The translations under genes and the position numbers were made by a program. A DNA stretch of 64,000 nt from a bacterium (GTDB lineage Bacteria; SM23-31): contig OZ252239.1 in the NCBI GenBank assembly GCA_965249485.1, positions 3,168,001 through 3,232,000 on the forward strand. Reading direction: 5' to 3'. The notes under the pieces are model-generated. The model did not search any database. It was not told where the DNA came from and was given only the letters and a program-made list of their open reading frames with translations. How positions within the stretch are numbered: position 1 is the stretch's first letter; every line of letters begins with the position of its first letter. Below are positions 63,216-64,000 of this stretch, in pieces.

Positions 63216-64000
63216 CTAAAGACCGAGGAACTCATCTACTTTTGCCAAAGCATCAAACACCTTCGGTTTTGCTTTCTGAGAATTGATTGCATTTTCTATT
63301 GCGAGTTTATAATTCTCGATTGCACTTTTGTATTCTGTTACATTTGCGCCCATCGTTCCATATTTCTCAGCATTGAGATAACCATATTTGATTGCATTTT
63401 CGAAGGCATCAACAGCGGCATCATAATTTTTTTCTTCGAGATAAATATTCCCTAAACTGTTATGCGCCTTCCAGTAAAGCTGGTTACTTTTTAACGAATT
63501 AAAATAACTTTCTTTCGCCTCATCATGCTCCCCACGCTTTTTATGAATCTCTCCAATGAGAAAATGTGCTTCATAATCACCACCGAGTTTACTGAGTATG
63601 AGAAGATTAAACTCACCTTTATCAAGATGCTCTTTTCTGTATTCGAGATACTTTTCCAACTGCTCTTTTGAATTGTCGAGCTCACCTACTAAATAGTAGC
63701 ACAATCCTAATATTAGGATGGGATCAATATAATTTTCTTTCTTTTTGATCGCTTTAAGACAATATTCTTCACAACGTTCGTAATCATCTTTGTTCAGGTA
63801 AATCACAGCAAGTTGAAACAATCCCATGAGCAGTAAATGCTCATTATTGCCGGGATTTTCTTCCATCAATCGTACACATTCTTGAGCATATGGTTCGGCT
63901 TTATCAACAAAATTCCTACTCAAGAACATCTGTGCTGTATTCATCTGAACAAATGGATTGTCAGGCTGTTCCTTAACCTGGTTGAGCAGAAGATTAATAG
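63216..64000 (-). CDS. TPR-repeat protein (partial; possibly C-terminus of a GT2-TPR flagellin glycosyltransferase)
   Basis: Multiple TPRs; frame open to the window end (INLLLNQVKEQPDNPF). Confidence 0.7.
   Translation of the reverse strand, partial: INLLLNQVKEQPDNPFVQMNTAQMFLSRNFVDKAEPYAQECVRLMEENPGNNEHLLLMGLFQLAVIYLNKDDYERCEEYCLKAIKKKENYIDPILILGLCYYLVGELDNSKEQLEKYLEYRKEHLDKGEFNLLILSKLGGDYEAHFLIGEIHKKRGEHDEAKESYFNSLKSNQLYWKAHNSLGNIYLEEKNYDAAVDAFENAIKYGYLNAEKYGTMGANVTEYKSAIENYKLAIENAINSQKAKPKVFDALAKVDEFLGL

Noticed and set aside
57..63685. Numerous 60-250 aa ORFs antisense to or overlapping clear genes (e.g. 57-317, 24193-24636, 43421-43876, 61931-62674)
   Set aside because: Shadow ORFs of confidently identified genes, with no motifs of their own
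1..64000. Genome-wide UGA reassignment (code 4 or 25)
   Set aside because: Many well-defined genes end at TGA at the expected family C-terminus or in start/stop overlaps (ruvA, dctQ, flaG, acyltransferase)
1..64000. CRISPR arrays, IS elements, prophage, rRNA/tRNA genes
   Set aside because: No spaced direct repeats, transposase, integrase or phage genes, or structural RNA signatures seen by eye; a covariance-model scan was not possible

Overview
Bacterial chromosomal window (AT-rich, mostly minus-strand genes) from a diderm, flagellated organism. T9SS/FlgD-type C-terminal domains, DUF4835 and DUF3108 suggest the FCB group (inference). Housekeeping blocks: yebC-ruvCAB-queA-ispD; thrC-like/ThiS-lysC-asd-proC; an isolated dnaA with upstream DnaA boxes; an LPS/tsaC cluster; rimK with two AstE/AspA genes; a TPAT-type TRAP transporter; and a late flagellar cluster (fliS-fliD-flaG-flgM-FlgN/FliT-like-fapA). 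No rRNA, tRNA, CRISPR array or mobile element was seen. Features missed by the ORF track: a CxxU Rdx/SelW selenoprotein with a SECIS hairpin; a candidate sigma28-driven ~200-nt sRNA carrying an anti-Shine-Dalgarno motif; two distant paralogous small proteins (GxPVxP...IGxSATKV...GxIxI); several sigma28 promoters outside the flagellar cluster; three non-Sec in-frame TGA codons; and several frameshifts, which may be sequencing errors. Two ORF-track proteins also stand out: a stand-alone FliM-N-like protein facing a CheY-like gene, and a secreted module ending in a TWGSIK tail instead of a T9SS CTD. All calls come from reading motifs by eye; no database searches were run.
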